Shown: positions 37,611-52,158 of the stretch, one piece after another
Position numbering within the stretch: position 1 is the stretch's first letter
How the letters are laid out: every line of letters begins with the position of its first letter
DNA from: Podarcis pityusensis
Lineage: Eukaryota
Direction: 5' to 3' (one strand)
DNA length: 64,000 bases
Assembly (NCBI GenBank): GCA_964106645.2
Contig: OZ067041.1
Program-made: the position numbers and the translations under genes
Notes under the pieces: model-generated
Told to the model about the DNA's origin: nothing
Seen by the model: only the letters and a program-made list of their open reading frames with translations
The model's database searches: none

Positions 37611-40600
37611 ACATCCTGACAGCTTCTTATGTTGTGTGCACACTGGTCCCTGCTGCCTTCTCCTGCTACCTGGAGTTATGCTTGATGAGGGAAAGGAGAT
37701 AGTAGTAAAAGTGAGAAGGAAAGCACAGTCTGCAGTTTCCTTCTCTTGGCCCCCACCCTGATCCTCAGCCCTGGGGATTGAATGTGGCCCTCTGAACCTC
37801 TCTAGTTATCCTAAAACATCTCCACAATACTTGCCTCCTTCTCCTACTTGGGCCACACCCTCTGTCCCAGGCCAAAACCCTCCCAGGCCCTGGTCAGCAC
37901 CCTCCTCAAGTGCTTTTGCAACTGTGACAATGCCTCTTGCTTGCCTTGTTGAAGGCTGGAGAGGTGTGTATGAGGGTTCTGCAGTAGAATCAATTGACTT
38001 CTGCATGACTGAAATTTGTTTGTTTATTCATTTATTACTGCATTTCTATCCCATATAATCCAACTTTTTCCAACCCCAAACCCTGACATGTACCTTCTGG
38101 GATGCGTTCCCAGGTGAGTCATGTGATCCATGTCTTGCTCTCACCCCAAAAAGCACTTTTCTCAGGCAGGAGCGCAGCCCAAGAGCGTGAGATCGGGGCA
38201 CCAAAATGGCCAGCAAGATCCCCCATTTTTCCAGGGCACTTGGAAAGTATGCTATATTACCTTTTCTCCAAGGAGTTCAAGGTGGCATACATAGTTCTAC
38301 CACTCCACATTTCATCCTCACAACCCTGTGAGGTAGGTTAAGCTGAGAGGCAGCGACAGGCCCAAGGTCACCAAGTGAGCTTCATGGCCAAGAAGGGATT
38401 TGAACCCTGGTCTGCAAGGTCTTAGTGCAACACTGTAGCCACTACACCACACTGGCTCTGCTGCTATGCAAAGGTAAGATCCCCACCCTTTGTTCTACCC
38501 GCTCTTTTGTCTCTGGCCTCCACTTATCACTGGTATGTGGCCTCTGGAAGGCTGCCCATGGACTGGAAAAGGCTCCCTGCGCCTGGTTTAGGGGATGGGC
38601 CCACTTAGAGGCAGGGCGCTTGACATGGCAGTGACACAGAGAGCACAGAGATGTCCTGATGGGAGGAGAAGAAGCAACGCTTGCTTCTTATGTGAGGCAG
38701 CTCTGCACTCTGTTCTGCTCACACAGGGAGCAGGGCTGCAGCCGCATCTCCCTGGTTTTCCTGAACAGAGATCCTAGAAAGGCTTCAGTCAGTCCTCAGA
38801 ATGTGTCACCCATGCTCAGTCTCTTCATATTGTGCGGCTTGAGGAGGCACTAGAATTTTGAGAACCAGCTTGAAAACTGCTATTATCCTCGGCTCATTGG
38901 GTGAGCAAATCCTCAGGGGCTCTGTCAGGACAGTAAACACAGCGGTAGCACCGGTTTTTGTAGCAAGTTTGATCCAGCTAGCTCAATATGGCCTGTGGAG
39001 ATGAAATCTCTCTCTCGCTGCATGCCACAGGCTTCAGTAGCATCATCCATTGTCTATGAGTAGAGTGGGTTGTCTTCAACTAAGTCATTGTCCATTAGCC
39101 TCAATGGGTCTACTCTGAGCCTGATCTAGTTGGCTACAGCCCAGTCTGTGAAGCTGTGTTCCTTACTTGACTTCGGTAATGAAGTTTACAGAACTGTGAA
39201 AACAGAAAATGAGACATTCGTGTTTGTATATGACTATGGGTTGTATCCACCTAAGTTAGACTAAATTAGCCGTGTCCATTTCAGGTGGTCTTATCTGAAT
39301 AGGACCTGCATTGGATTCAACCCATAATTTTTCTTTGATATCCTCATCCCCCCCCACCCCGTTCTCAAGTAGCAGGCATGGTTTTATTTCTATGTTGACA
39401 TTTATACAGCTTGAGAGTAACTCTAATTGCTGCTTGTCAACTGTCAAGAATGCAGCTTTGACACCAATGTAACCCTTAGACTTAAAATGAGAGTACTCTG
39501 AGGGATCTTGTATGAGAACAGGAATCTCCTGCTGGCTTTCACTCTCCTCCTGAATTTCTTATATCTGCATGTATAGGGGCAAAAGAGTAAAATGTGGGGT
39601 GTGTGCCCTGAATTAGCTAATTAATATGTGGTCTGTAGCACAATTTACAAAACAGGTTGCTTTCAATGGAAAACAATGATTTCAGATGCAGCCACAGACA
39701 TAGATGATTCCTGACTCACATGCTGGGGGGTTGGAGGTCCTGAGGGGGTGCTTTTCATAACTGACACTAAAAACACTTCTGAATCTGGAATACATTGTTT
39801 GCAAATATTGCTACTACTAAATAATAGTAATAGTAATAATAAATATACATTTTATAGCACTTTTAGAGTGTTCAGGGAGCTACTTCACATATATTATCTT
39901 ACTGTAATCTTTATAGCAACCCTATAAAAAGAAGCCAGTGCTTTTATTCCCATATTACTGGGGGAAGGGTAAGATGCAGAGAATCGTGGCTTCCCTAAGG
40001 CCACCTAGTTTGCTCATGGCAAAGGCAAGATCTTAACTGGGGGTTCCTCATTTGTAGTTCAGTCTCTTAGCAACCACGCTATGCCGCTGCACAATATTGT
40101 TAGTGAATAATAGAAAGCAGATGAATGCCATATTTAAATACAGTGTACATTGCAGTCAACATAGGTTTGCTTTCACTTTAGAGATGCAGGAAACGCAAAC
40201 TCTGCTTTTAGTGTCTTTTGCAACAACAAAAAAAGCTCTAAAAGGCGCAGCATTGGAACCAATGTTTCATACAGAACACTGGTGCTTCATTGGAAACATG
40301 CAGCTTGCAATGCCCATCTTTTCCATTAGATGACTCTAGTCTCCTGGAGTTGGAGAAGGAAGGCAGCAACCATGACAGCTGATGGATAAGTGAATAAAAG
40401 TGGAATTGGAAAGTGTTCATTCAGCCTTCTCTCAGGACGAAGTTCCAAAACAATTGGGGGGTTTTTCTGAATGCGACAAACTGTTCAGAAGCAAACACTT
40501 TTAACAATAGAATGTGTTATCTTTGAAAAAAGAAACACATATTTCCTACATTACATTCACAATCCATTCCTCGTTTAGGACTTGGAATTTCCATGATTTG

Positions 40601-43600
40601 AAATGGCATGAAATCAATGGGACTTGCTAGATCATTGCCCTATATAGTGATAAATGCCATCCCAATCTCTAAGCTAGGTTTGCCATATTTCAAAAAGTAA
40701 AAACCAGGGCACCCCGAAAGTTGTTGAGCTTTACTTTTAAGGAAATGACTGAAATTGTTGTTTTTACAAAAACACCAAAAACATGTGATTTTTCAATTGA
40801 CTTGCCAGGATTCAGGACAAGGTACCACCTTTTGGAAATTCCCCGGGAAAATCCAGACGTATGGCAGCCTTTCTAAGCAGTGCGAGATTCCAGGGGTTCC
40901 AGGGATTTATCCCGGGTCTCTGTCTCTTTTTGGACAATGAAGCACAGCAGAGACTGTGGTGTCTTTATGATCTACGGTTTCTTTACACACATATGCAACC
41001 TGAGCCTACAATGCAGGGGCTTACAGCATTACACTCCAAGAGATTCTTGCTTCTTCCATGGCCACAGTCTTGGATGCCAGCAAAAATCAGTCACAGCCCT
41101 CTGACAGCAGCTATTTTTTATCCAGCCCACATAATCCCCAAATTGCAATACTAAAAACAACTGTTCTTCTTCCAGCTCTAAAACTCCACTTCAAGGGCTT
41201 TTGTCTTTCTAACAAATTTCTAAATTGACTAAATTAATGAAATTATAAATTTCCAACCAATTCTAAATTGAGGGAAGGGCCCCTCTCATTTGGCCTCTGG
41301 CAAAACACTCTTTGTCACCTAATGATTCATCTTTAGTGGGCCATCACCAGGCTAGCTCCTGGCTTGTATTTTAACATGCTAAATCCAGTGTGTGGAACCC
41401 ATAAATTAGAAACGGGGGGGGGGGCGCACAGGAATTTCGAAGGGGAGTCCAGGCACCCCACAGTATTTTGTTTTGTTTGCAGCTTGACAAAAGATTCCTT
41501 TTTTTAAAAAAAAAGATGGCTTATGTTGTTGAAGAAACTAGTTACCTACTTTGCTTTGAAGTGCTGAGGCACAAGAGATTCAATCACAGCCTTCTAAGTC
41601 ACAATGATGCTTACACTACTGAAGGACTTTTCAGATGTTAAGAACAGGTGGAAACAGTGTGGATATTCTGAGAAAGAACCTCCTTAGAAAACTGTCATTC
41701 TCCTAGTCCCTCAACAGATAATCAAGGGCATCTTGTGCCCTTGTCACATGATGAATTAGCTGCAATACTGGGATGAGACAATAATAATAATAATTCTGCA
41801 ATCTTCATACAACTTCATGTCCTTATGGCCAGCTATTGGTATTGGTATTCTATGACATTCTATTCTATGACTCTATCTTCCTGCAGAGCAGGGATAGGGA
41901 ACCACCAGCCCTGGACCAGGAGAGTGTGAAGAGTAGCAAAGAGTAGCATCTACTATTTGCAGCTGGCTTACTAAAAGTAATTAAGAATGCACGTAAATGT
42001 TTCAGTGAATGAAGGTCTCTAAGGCAAAAAGACAAGGCCAGGAAAAACTGTAAAGCACTAATTGCATTAATTGCAATCAATTTGGGAGAGTTTTCTTCCT
42101 CCTCCTTTGTCAATAAGCATCTGAAAGCCATGTGCCAAGAAACATGCCAGCTTTCAGGGCCAATGCTGTGGCTTTTACTGATTTTGTTTCACTGAAGTGA
42201 ATGGACCAAGAGCAGCAGAAACATGCCACTATTGATCTTTCTTCCCCCATCCTTTAGTATTGCTGTTGGCTAGATTAACTATAGCTCAAGGACAGGGAAG
42301 CTGAGGCCCTCCAGATGTTGTTGGGCGACAACTCCCATCTTCCTAACCCTATTGCCATGTTGGTTGGTGGGAACTGAAGTCCAACACGCAGGTCAACTCA
42401 AAAGGTAGGGGTGTGGAACTGGATCCAGCTGTAGGCCAGACCCTTATCTCAACTATCTCTGTGAGCCAAATTTGAGAGCCTTCTGGGGCTACCCACATGC
42501 CAATCACCTGCCATCACAATGATGTCAGGTGGTGTGGTCCTTTGAAGTCTTGACAATCAGCTGGTTGTCCCTGAGGGTCCCTGCAAAAATCATTTGAAGC
42601 CCTGGCAACCAGCTAATTCTGTGCTGATCAGTTTTAGAAGCCTGCACACATAATACATATATATGGCACCTGGTGATAGACAGGTGACTGTGGCTTGGCC
42701 AAAATGACCTGGTGGACCAAATGGGGAGACCTGGTGGACCTAATTAGGCCCATGAGTTGGCATTTCCTCTCCCCTGCTGTATAGGATTGCAGCTGCATGT
42801 ACCTCCATGGCCTCTTATATCATATATTTGTAAAATGCCCAGCATCATGATGGATAGGGTGTGTGGAAGGAGGGTTTCTATATTACACTGGTGCTGGTGG
42901 GTGGGTGGGTGTACACACACACACACACCACGCTGTGGAATTGCTGTCAATGAGGGTCTGGTCTCTCGCTGCCAGCGTCAGAGAGTAGGTTTGGCTGCAG
43001 CTGCAACAATGTGCTCAAAGTTGATTGCTTGACTTTTCCCCACATTGGGCTGAATGACAATCATTGCTTTATACTGAAGGAAATAAAAGGGTTTACTGAG
43101 GGACAAAACTGACAAAGAAGTGAAATCTGCTTCCTGCCCTTGGTGACTTCAGCAGTGAAGAAGAAAGGCAGCTGCTCTCTGCCCTGTTATATTCTGAGTT
43201 CTGTTTCTTGGTCATACTTGCTGGGAGAGTGGAATAACGTGTTTTGAACTAGCTTATAGATAGATATGATATTAGGGGTGCCGTGTGATCATTCATTGTT
43301 AGGCTGATTGCTCGCTAATAATCGGAGACAAACTGATTATTAAAAATAATAATAATAATCAAAGACAATCAGTTGATAGTCTCTGAAGGCAAGTTAATGA
43401 GTAGAAATCACTTTCCCTAACCCTTTGGAAAATAACATCCTTCAGCTAGTGGGAGGAGCAGAGAAATAATTGTGGTTTTGCAGATTGAATTGGAAGGCAA
43501 GAGAGAGAACTGTGAGGTTAGCTGGCCTGGGAGCAGCAGAGGGTCCTCACTACTGCACCTAGTGTGAAGCTAGGTCAGCAGTTTTGGACACTCCTTTAAA

Positions 43601-45764
43601 AATCTACCTTCACTATGCTCTGCTTATGTGGGGGGGGGTGCGTGCATGAGGCGGCGGGGAGAGAGAACATTTATTAGCAGTATTTCATTCACAGATGGAT
43701 CTCTGAGCCATTTATATAATTTGCAGATCTTACCCTAAGTCCACATAGCTCTCCCACCTTAAGAATCTAAGTTCTTTGGGTAGGATTGGTAGGTTGTGGG
43801 AGATTTTCAGTCAAACCAAACAACATATATCTATGCTAGTTAGTAAATGAAGGGGTTAAGCTGTTAGGGACTACAGAGCTGTAAATTGTTAGAGAAGGCA
43901 AGGCTAGGTCACGCCTTCAGGGTGGGAGGGAGGGAGGGTGTCCATGTCCATATCTCCTCTTCAAACCATGTAACTGAGCAGATGTCTGAAACCGGGGCTG
44001 CAGACTCAGACTGTGTGTTTGAAACTGCATTTTGTAACCAAGAATACCTTGCCTGTGTTGTGTCTGCTGTAGCATTGAACAATGCATGAGTGAAATCTCT
44101 GTAAGTAAAGCATTTAAGCTTACTTAATGTTGTACTCTATTCATTCCAAGAGAAGTAGAGGCAGAGGAGCACACTGTAAGCGCTTAAGACCTATCTTTCC
44201 CATGCTTTGCAAACACTGCATGTATATCTGTTCGAAACTGCTGGGATCTTTTGACTAGAATCAAGCCCCACGCTTTTTTGAAATCAGGCAGTCAGCCATT
44301 TTTTCCTTTCTTAGTTTCCTGCACAAGTGGGCCTTCAGGATTAATTGGTATTCAGCAGTTATTTCCCAACAGTAACAACCTGGAGGTTCATGCTGTAGTT
44401 TTAAAGTGGAAGACAAGGCAGCTATAGCTTCTGCTCCTGTCCATTTCCCCCTCTCAGTCCATTTCTCTGTCTGATTCCTCCCTTGCCTGCTGTAACAAGC
44501 AGGAATCCAGGTGTGCGGCACAGCTGACAAAGAAGGGAGGCAACAGGACTAGATGAGAAATGGATAGGGGAAGACACAGCTCTCACTGCATGGGGAGATT
44601 TAAAGGCACATCATGGATCTTCAGGTTGCAACCTGCCATCCCTACCCATGAAATATTCGCTAACACTGATAAGCAATTCAGGCCAAATGCTTTTCCACAC
44701 ACAACCAAAAGCATTTCCCCCTCCTTCTAAGTGGTCGTGCAAAGAGGCTCCGGGTCCCATTTTAAGACAATGCTGTTTACTTCCTATCAGTGTATACACC
44801 AGTTTAAAGGCCTCTGCTGTAAATGCCCTGTGAACTGAGCTGAGCAATATGGTCACTAAGAATTCCACCTTCCAGGCAGGCAGGACTTGTGTGCCTTCAA
44901 CAGCTGTGTGGCAAGCAGAAAACCAATCCATGGTGCTTTCCTCAATAGGTATACTCTCATGCCTGGAAAAACCGCCTTGGGTGAACTTCTGTCTGCCCCA
45001 GAGCCCTGCCAAAAAAGAGGTGGTGACCTTGTTCATTTGTTCTGTCCTAAACTGATCTCCCACTCTGGGTCACTGTAGGAAGGTCAGGTCAGCTGGCTAA
45101 AACCTTTCTAAAATAGATGTGTACTTGGATTAACATATGAACTATGCACAATGGAAGGGCTATGCAGAGAAAGATTCGTTAATGTTTATCTGACTGCTGC
45201 CAAACCTCCCATTTAAAAAAGTTAACTGAAGAGCATGAAGGAAACCCTAAGTGTGGGAAATTTATGGCATGCACTGTGACCTTGCTCTGAACTGAAGTCA
45301 CTGCCACTTCCCTCCTGGGCTGAAAAAACACTGCTGTAGCTCTCCCCAGACTATTTACGGTACTTACTATCTGGTTTATAAGGTGTGTCTTATCTACGTT
45401 GCTCAGTGTGTATGTAGATTTCCAGTAAACTACAGTACTGCCCCTTTCACAGAGGGGCAAAAGGAAGAACATTCTCCGTAAAACAAACAACCCCACACAG
45501 CCACCCTAAAGCAGGCTTTGCATTGTGACCCGAAAGATAGCACTGTAACATCCACTAAATTTTGTATAATTATAAATAAGTTAACTGATAAAATTCACCT
45601 GACACATCTTTTCGTTTTACCAACTTTGTTTTGTGAAATAAATATTTCTTATATGTTCAGCTTCTGCCTGAGTCTCCAGGTATCAAGGTTTTACCTCACA
45701 CACCCACACACCCCAAAAAGTTTTAGCTCACACAAAAACCATAAGATAACCCATGGTGGTTATA

Positions 45765-46006
45765 CAGTGGTACCTCAGGTTACATACACTTCAGGTTACA
45801 TACGCTTCAGGTTACAGACTCCGCTAACCCAGAAATATTGCTTCAGGTTAAGAACTTTGCTTCAGGATGAGAACAGAAATCATGCTCCGGCGGCGTGGCA
45901 GCAGCGGGAGGCCCCATTAGCTAAAGTGGTGCTTCAGGTTAAGAACAGTTTCAGGTTAAGAACGGACCTCCGGAACGAATTAAGTACTTAACCTGAGGTA
46001 CCACTG
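45765..46006 (+). mobile_element. Tc1/mariner MITE, copy 3
   Basis: Perfect TIR cagtggtacctcaggtta, TA TSD, 242 bp. Confidence 0.92.
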
Positions 46007-46986
46007 TACAGTATACAGAGGTGGGATCCGCTTGAATTGATGGCAGGGCAGTGGTGAGTTCCAGTTCAATTGGTGGGAGAGGTGGGAATCTGCTTCAGAC
46101 CCCAAAGATGGAAAACAAACAAATATGTATCCATGCCTACTAAAACTTTATGCAGAAGTAAAACTATGTTTGTTAGTGTCTGAGAGAAGGGAACTCTGTT
46201 GCTGAATCAAATGTTCAATGTTCACCTCAAAATATTGGTTCCCTCCCTCCTTCTTATTTTCCTGCAGAGGTGAGATACCTATTTTGGAGCTGAAAATCAC
46301 ATTATTTGGGTGGAAAGCTGTTGAGAGCTGCAATCCAATAGTGAGCAAGGATCCAAAGTAGTTGACAATGGCAAGGGCATACCTGGGGGTTGGCTAGGTC
46401 AGACCCTGCCAAAGGGCACAGGCCCAGAGTGGGTGGGAGCAAAAATATAACCTCTCCGTTCTTGCTCAACATGGCTAGGAGCTCACCCACCCACCTGCAT
46501 GCTCCCCTGGCCCCTCTCTACTGTTCTGGGCAACTAGGCAAGATGGGGAGGTACCAGTGCAGCTCTTTGCCAAAGGTGCAAGCGAGCCCAGATACGCTAC
46601 TAGAGACTGGCCAAGACACAATCATGTACACTTAGCACATACACACTTGTCACACAGTGAAGACAGACAGGCTTCTCTCTCACACACATAATCTCTCTCC
46701 ACTCCCTCCCTCCCTCCTTCTCCCCTCCCCACTCCCTTCTCTTTGTGTGTGGTTGTGGCATGAGCGAGGAGATCTAGCAGACCAAGTGGGGTGTTTGAGC
46801 CCCTAATCCTCCCTACTGTCACCGCCCCTGCTCTTTAGCTTTATAAAGTATCTGAGTGTAGTCTGAGTCATTCTTAAAAGTATCTCTCCCTCCATTGTTC
46901 TCTGTCAAGTGCTGGAAAGGCCAAGAACTAATTATCAAGATCATGCTCTTGAAAAAGTGTGTTGCAGACAGCGTTTAATAAATTCA

Positions 46987-47080
46987 GGTACCTGATGAAG
47001 TGGGCCCAGGTCCATGAAAGCTTCTGACGGTCATAATAAAACTTGTTCATCTTTTTAAGATGCACAGGATTCTTTGTTAT
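46987..47080 (+). mobile_element. Penelope-type terminal-repeat fragment containing a hammerhead-like core
   Basis: ctgatga-agtgggcccaggtccat-gaaa-gctt followed by aataaaa...tctttttaagatgcacaggattctttg. Relatives at ~53600-53708(-) and ~34250-34320(+). Confidence 0.6.
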
Positions 47081-48195
47081 GATATCATCATAAACTTTTG
47101 AAAAGCTTACAGGAGCATTTTAGCTCTGTCCTCTGACCTATTATCCCCCATCCCCTGGGCCAATAAAACTAGGTCAGCCACTCTTAAATTTGGATTCATT
47201 CAAATCACATTCCTCAAGGTATGTTAAAAGCAAAAAATGCTTGTCAAAAACACCTACAAAAGCGAGACACTTCATGTTATCACGCTTAAGGCAAGAGAGA
47301 CGGGATTAAAGCCTGTTTTCCGTCTATTCTGTATGTTAGTTTTGATAGGATCGCAAAGATCTGCTACTTTTGTCACTCAGGCTAATGCTAACTATGGAGC
47401 AAACAAGGTAAGTGTGGATTTCAGAGGCCAAAAGGGCAACTATGGGACTGAAAATCCAAAGTGCTCTGGGACGATTTAGCAGCTCAGATCTTGCGGGCTT
47501 ACTGTAACTTCCTGTCACATTATTTGGAAACTCCCTGGATGGGTGGATAAATAAATAAACGAATGCTCTGCTAACACTTTAGAGCAGGGGCAAGTGAATG
47601 TTTTTCCAGCCTGAGAGCTGAATTCCCTCAGGAACAGCCTTCTGAGGGTCTGCATGCCAGAGGTGGGTGGGGTCCAGCGGTGGCCCATCCCATTTCATCA
47701 CCTGAGGCAAAATAAGAAAGTGTTGCCCTGTGCCTCCATAAAGCATCCACCCCTCTTTTATCATCAGGTTTACTAGATACAAAAGGAAACAGGGCTCCTG
47801 CACGTTTGGTAAATCTATACACAAAGGAACGTTAGCAGACACATAGCTTTCTTCCTCTGCCAAAACGCCCACTTCTGCAAAGCGTTTGAAGATACCAAAG
47901 CCCTTTCTTCCTTTGCACCTTGCCATCCTACCTCACAAGCAAGTGAAGCTGACAGAAACCGAAGATTTGTGCTGGAGCCAGGAACTTATAGTCTTCTAAA
48001 CATTCTTGTTGTTGCTGTTAAAGTAGAAGATCCCTGTAATATCAGAGGTACGTGGGGGAAAGTGACAGAGATTTGCTAGTGCTTGCAATTTTTTCCTTTA
48101 AAACTTTGCTGCGAGTAAGCGCTATGAACACAGTGAGACTTGCTTCTGAGTAAGCAGGCAAAGAATCAGGCAGCCCTGCAAGTGGGGTGAAGATG

Positions 48196-48228
<33 letters not shown>

Positions 48229-49187
48229 ACACACCCGCTTGGCTGGTCTGGCAGGGAAGGTTGCCATATTTTTAATGACCTTGCTCCCCTGCCTTTAGCA
48301 GCAGCCTGACACACTGACATTTGGGAGCCAAAGCTTCTCCTGGCAAGGAGATAAGCAACAGAAAAACTTCGGCTGCTAAAATATCTGTGTTGCCAGCTAT
48401 GGTTAAGGGCACAGAAGTGGGACCGTTAACAAATACAAAAAGGTGGCTAGTCTAATGAGGTTTGGCTTTTATCTCTTGGGCCTTATCCAGGCTCCATTGC
48501 TATACTAAATGACAAAGAAGCTGGGATGTAATGGTTGCAGGAGTTACTGGTACCCACTGGTTTGGTAGTTCAGTCCCATAGTTGCCCTTTTGGCCTCTGA
48601 AATCCCCACTTACCTGGTTTGCCTCCTACTGTTTGGACTGGCAAGAATCAGCATGGGGATGTGCTGGGGGCAGAGTGCTGTATCAGTGCACCCAGCACCC
48701 CAGAAAATCTCTGTTTGGCACTGGAAGCAGTCATGGTGTGAGTGTTCCTTGCTCAACAGTCTCTTTTTCCTTTCTATCTTTTCTTTTTAAAGGTAACATT
48801 TGCATCCAGCGTTATTGTTGGGCTAAAGATAAATCACTTTTATGTCGGTGCTAAAATGCTCTTTGAAACATCATCCTTAAACAGGTTTCGTTCTTCATTT
48901 GTATTTTTTATTTTTTTTTTGCTGTTTGTCCCCTTTGTCCCACCAGAGATGTAACAACTTAGCCCAGGCTTAAAATAGCTTTCAAGGACACGAGCTCTGT
49001 GCTGTCCTCTTCTGAGCAGCCAATACCTTTTGCTCCACGGAATGCCTTTTATATTTCCCACCCCTGCTTCTATATGTCATAAATACCATCTTCTAAGGGC
49101 AATGAGTATTGCTGTCTATTGCCAAGGTAATTCAGACCTTAACTGGGGCTCAAGGGGGCTTGGTCTTAAAACTTGTTTCAACATGAT

Positions 49188-49509
49188 TTTGTTGTTTGGT
49201 CGTTTAGCTGTGTCCGACTCTTCGTGACCCCATGGACCAGAGCACGCCAGGCACTCCTGTCTTCCACTGCCTCCCGCAGCTTGGTCAAACTCATGTTCGT
49301 AGCTTCGAGAACACTGTCCAGCCATCTCGTCCTCTGTCGGGCCCTTCTCCTTGTGCCCTCCATCTTTCCCAACATCAGGGTCTTTTCCAGGGAGTCTTCT
49401 CTTCTCATGATGTGGCCAAAGTATATGGAGCCTCAGCTTCAGGATCTGTCCTTCCAGGGCTGATTTCCTTCAGAATGGGTAGGTTTCATCTTCTTGCAGT
49501 CCATGGGAT
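49188..49509 (-). mobile_element. BovB/RTE LINE short 3' fragment
   Basis: MRREDSLEKTLMLGKMEGTRRRARQRTRWLDSV...; highly similar to 16345-16680; candidate 7-bp TSD acatgat (49181-49187, 49510-49516). Confidence 0.92.
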
Positions 49510-51972
49510 ACATGATACCTAAATGCTGTCAGGAGTGGGGAACTTCAGCCCAGGAGACCTCCAACCCTCTCCATCGGCCCACTGGGACTCTCTCTGCAGG
49601 CCACACCTCCTCCCTATCCACACCCCTCACTTCACTGGTCCTGCTTCACTCTCTCCTTGAGTGTTTATGCCAGGCTTGAATCCATCCTTGAACTCTGCTG
49701 GGGTGGAGGATAAAAGAGGGATATGTGAGCATGTGAGGGAATGAGCCCATTGTGCAAAAGTAAATTTTACGTTTGTTGTTGTTGTGCCCACTTTTGACTC
49801 TTTCCCAGGTGGCTCCCCAGAAGGGAATGCAGCTTTTCTCTACATTGTGTGAAGAACAGAGTTCCTGTGAGCATCTGCAGAATGCCTGAAATGCTCCTCT
49901 GAGGAGCGTCCATAGTATCCTCGTAGAGGACTTCCATATATCAGAGGGTATAAGATTCAGGCTGCCTTGAGGTGCGGCAGCTCTCCTTTCAGAAACGAAA
50001 CACTATATTTTTTGTTAGAACATGGGAAATCTTTGATGTTTCCCACTGTGAAGATTAAAAGGAATATTACAGACTGTTTAAACATTAAATCAAAGATTGT
50101 CAAACATTGTCACCATGACCCTTCAAGATTTAAGGCTGAAATCTTATGCACACACTTACTCTGGCTGGAGTAAGTGCCACGGAAATCGGCAGACTTACTT
50201 CTGCTGTTTTTGCTTTGTATATTATGAGTCCCCTTCAACACAATGGCATGGATCCTAGATGAGTTAAGGAGGTTTACCATGCTGGGATGTTGTTAGATGC
50301 CTAGGTCCATAGATACACATTTGTATAAAATTGGGGTGGGTGAGTGGGTGTGTAAATCATTACTAGAATTTAAATTTCACACAAGGTAAGCTGACTAATT
50401 TTCCATCTAAATTACTCAAGTAGCATTTTCAGTTTGTTTGCTATCCTCCTACCCCACATGACCCAAGTTGTTTCAGTTAATTTACCCTCACAGAAGCAAA
50501 GTTTCTTGTCGACTGCAGCCAACTGGACCCACAGAAAAGCCTCTTTCTTCAGGGCCAGAGACCCTCATGAACGATTGGAGATTAGTGTTGGATCTAGACA
50601 CATCAAAGAAGTGATAAAAGCATTGTAAACTTCATACAGGGAAGTTCGGTTGGGGGAAAACGGAACTCCACAGTGCCATCTGGCGTCATAGTAAATATAA
50701 AGCATATAAAGCGCTTTATCTTTACAAATGTAGGTGTGGAGAGGGTTGTGGGAGGGGAGAATTGCACAAAACTGGGAACTTTTCTCCCTTCCCTAACAGC
50801 ACCTTGTGCCCCAGCCCACATTGTTCTGGAGGACAGCTACCCAGAGAGGGAGTTGCATTTGGGGAAAGAGACTAGAAACTTCCCTTCTGTAAACTTCCCT
50901 TAATATAAACCTATTTTAGGATCCAACAAATTTCTTATGTGGAAACCCAGCAACTAGCATAGAAAGCTGCCTACCAAGTCCTTGCTCAATATTCTGGCAG
51001 TGGCTCTTTATCAGTCCTACTTAGAGATGCTGAGGACTGAACCTAGGACCTTCTGCATGCAGAACATCATTTCTACCCCTGATCTACAGCCCTTTTAGCC
51101 AAATTAAAAAAACTTAATCTAATTCTGAAGACTGGACTGTTTTTTGGACACTTCCTTGTCATAGGGTGTGATGCTTTGTTTCTCCCAGAGAAAAACAACA
51201 GCAGGATGTCTCCTCAGAGAGACAGAACACAGCTTTGATTCCTTGTTCCTGTGAGAAAAAACAAAATGGCACTGGCCTTTGTGCTCAGTAATCACGGCCT
51301 TGGAGTGAAAATGAAGTGCATTCAGCCTTGGAGTGAAAATGAAGAATGTTATAGCTGCCGGGGAAGAGAGCTGGCTCTCATCTACTGGTCAATCTTACCC
51401 AAAGGCTGGATTGCTGGATACGGCAGATCAGATCCAAAGCTCATTGTAGCCTCAGATTTACAGGATGCTGCTATTTAATATCTGTCTTTGTTCTCTCTTT
51501 TATGTTTGACCTAAAATGCAATTTTGCACCAATATGAAATTTGGTGATACTCCAGAATTTGAAGCTTTTCATTTTGAACATTCACTACGTTCTCAGTTCT
51601 TTTCTATCTTTCCCAAAACTCACATCCTAAGCCATCAGATTCGAACAATATCCTTAGCTGGGAATTTTGATAAGACGGGATTTACAAAAATATAAATTCT
51701 AGGGTAGAATGTAAGCAAACTCAATAATTTGCTTGAAGATCATTTCCCCCAAAACCTTTTAATTCCAAGCAGATGCCTTCTTGACACAGAATAAGCAGAA
51801 TGTGAGCAAAGATTAGGTGAACATTCCTCAGCTAACGTATCACTGCTAAGTTTTCTTCAGCCAGGAGGGAGCAATTCAAAGCGTGGGCTCCACATGCATA
51901 GGACCGAAGGATTGTTATACATTCGCAGAGAACCTTTGAATGGGCCTTTCATCTGATGAACAACATAAGCAA

Positions 51973-52000
51973 AATAATAATAATAATAATAATAATAATA
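51973..52000. repeat. (AAT)n microsatellite
   Basis: ~9 units. Confidence 0.9.
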
Positions 52001-52156
52001 AGGCACAGATATGTTATTTATGTCAAAGACAGCAATGGTTTCAGTTATGGACACATAGGAGCGAACTCCTAGGGGTCAAGGTCACTTCGCCCTCCCCAAT
52101 AAATTATTTGAAGGGGCCAGGCCCCCCCAATGTTGTTGGACATTGCCATTCAAATG

Positions 52157-52158
<2 letters not shown>

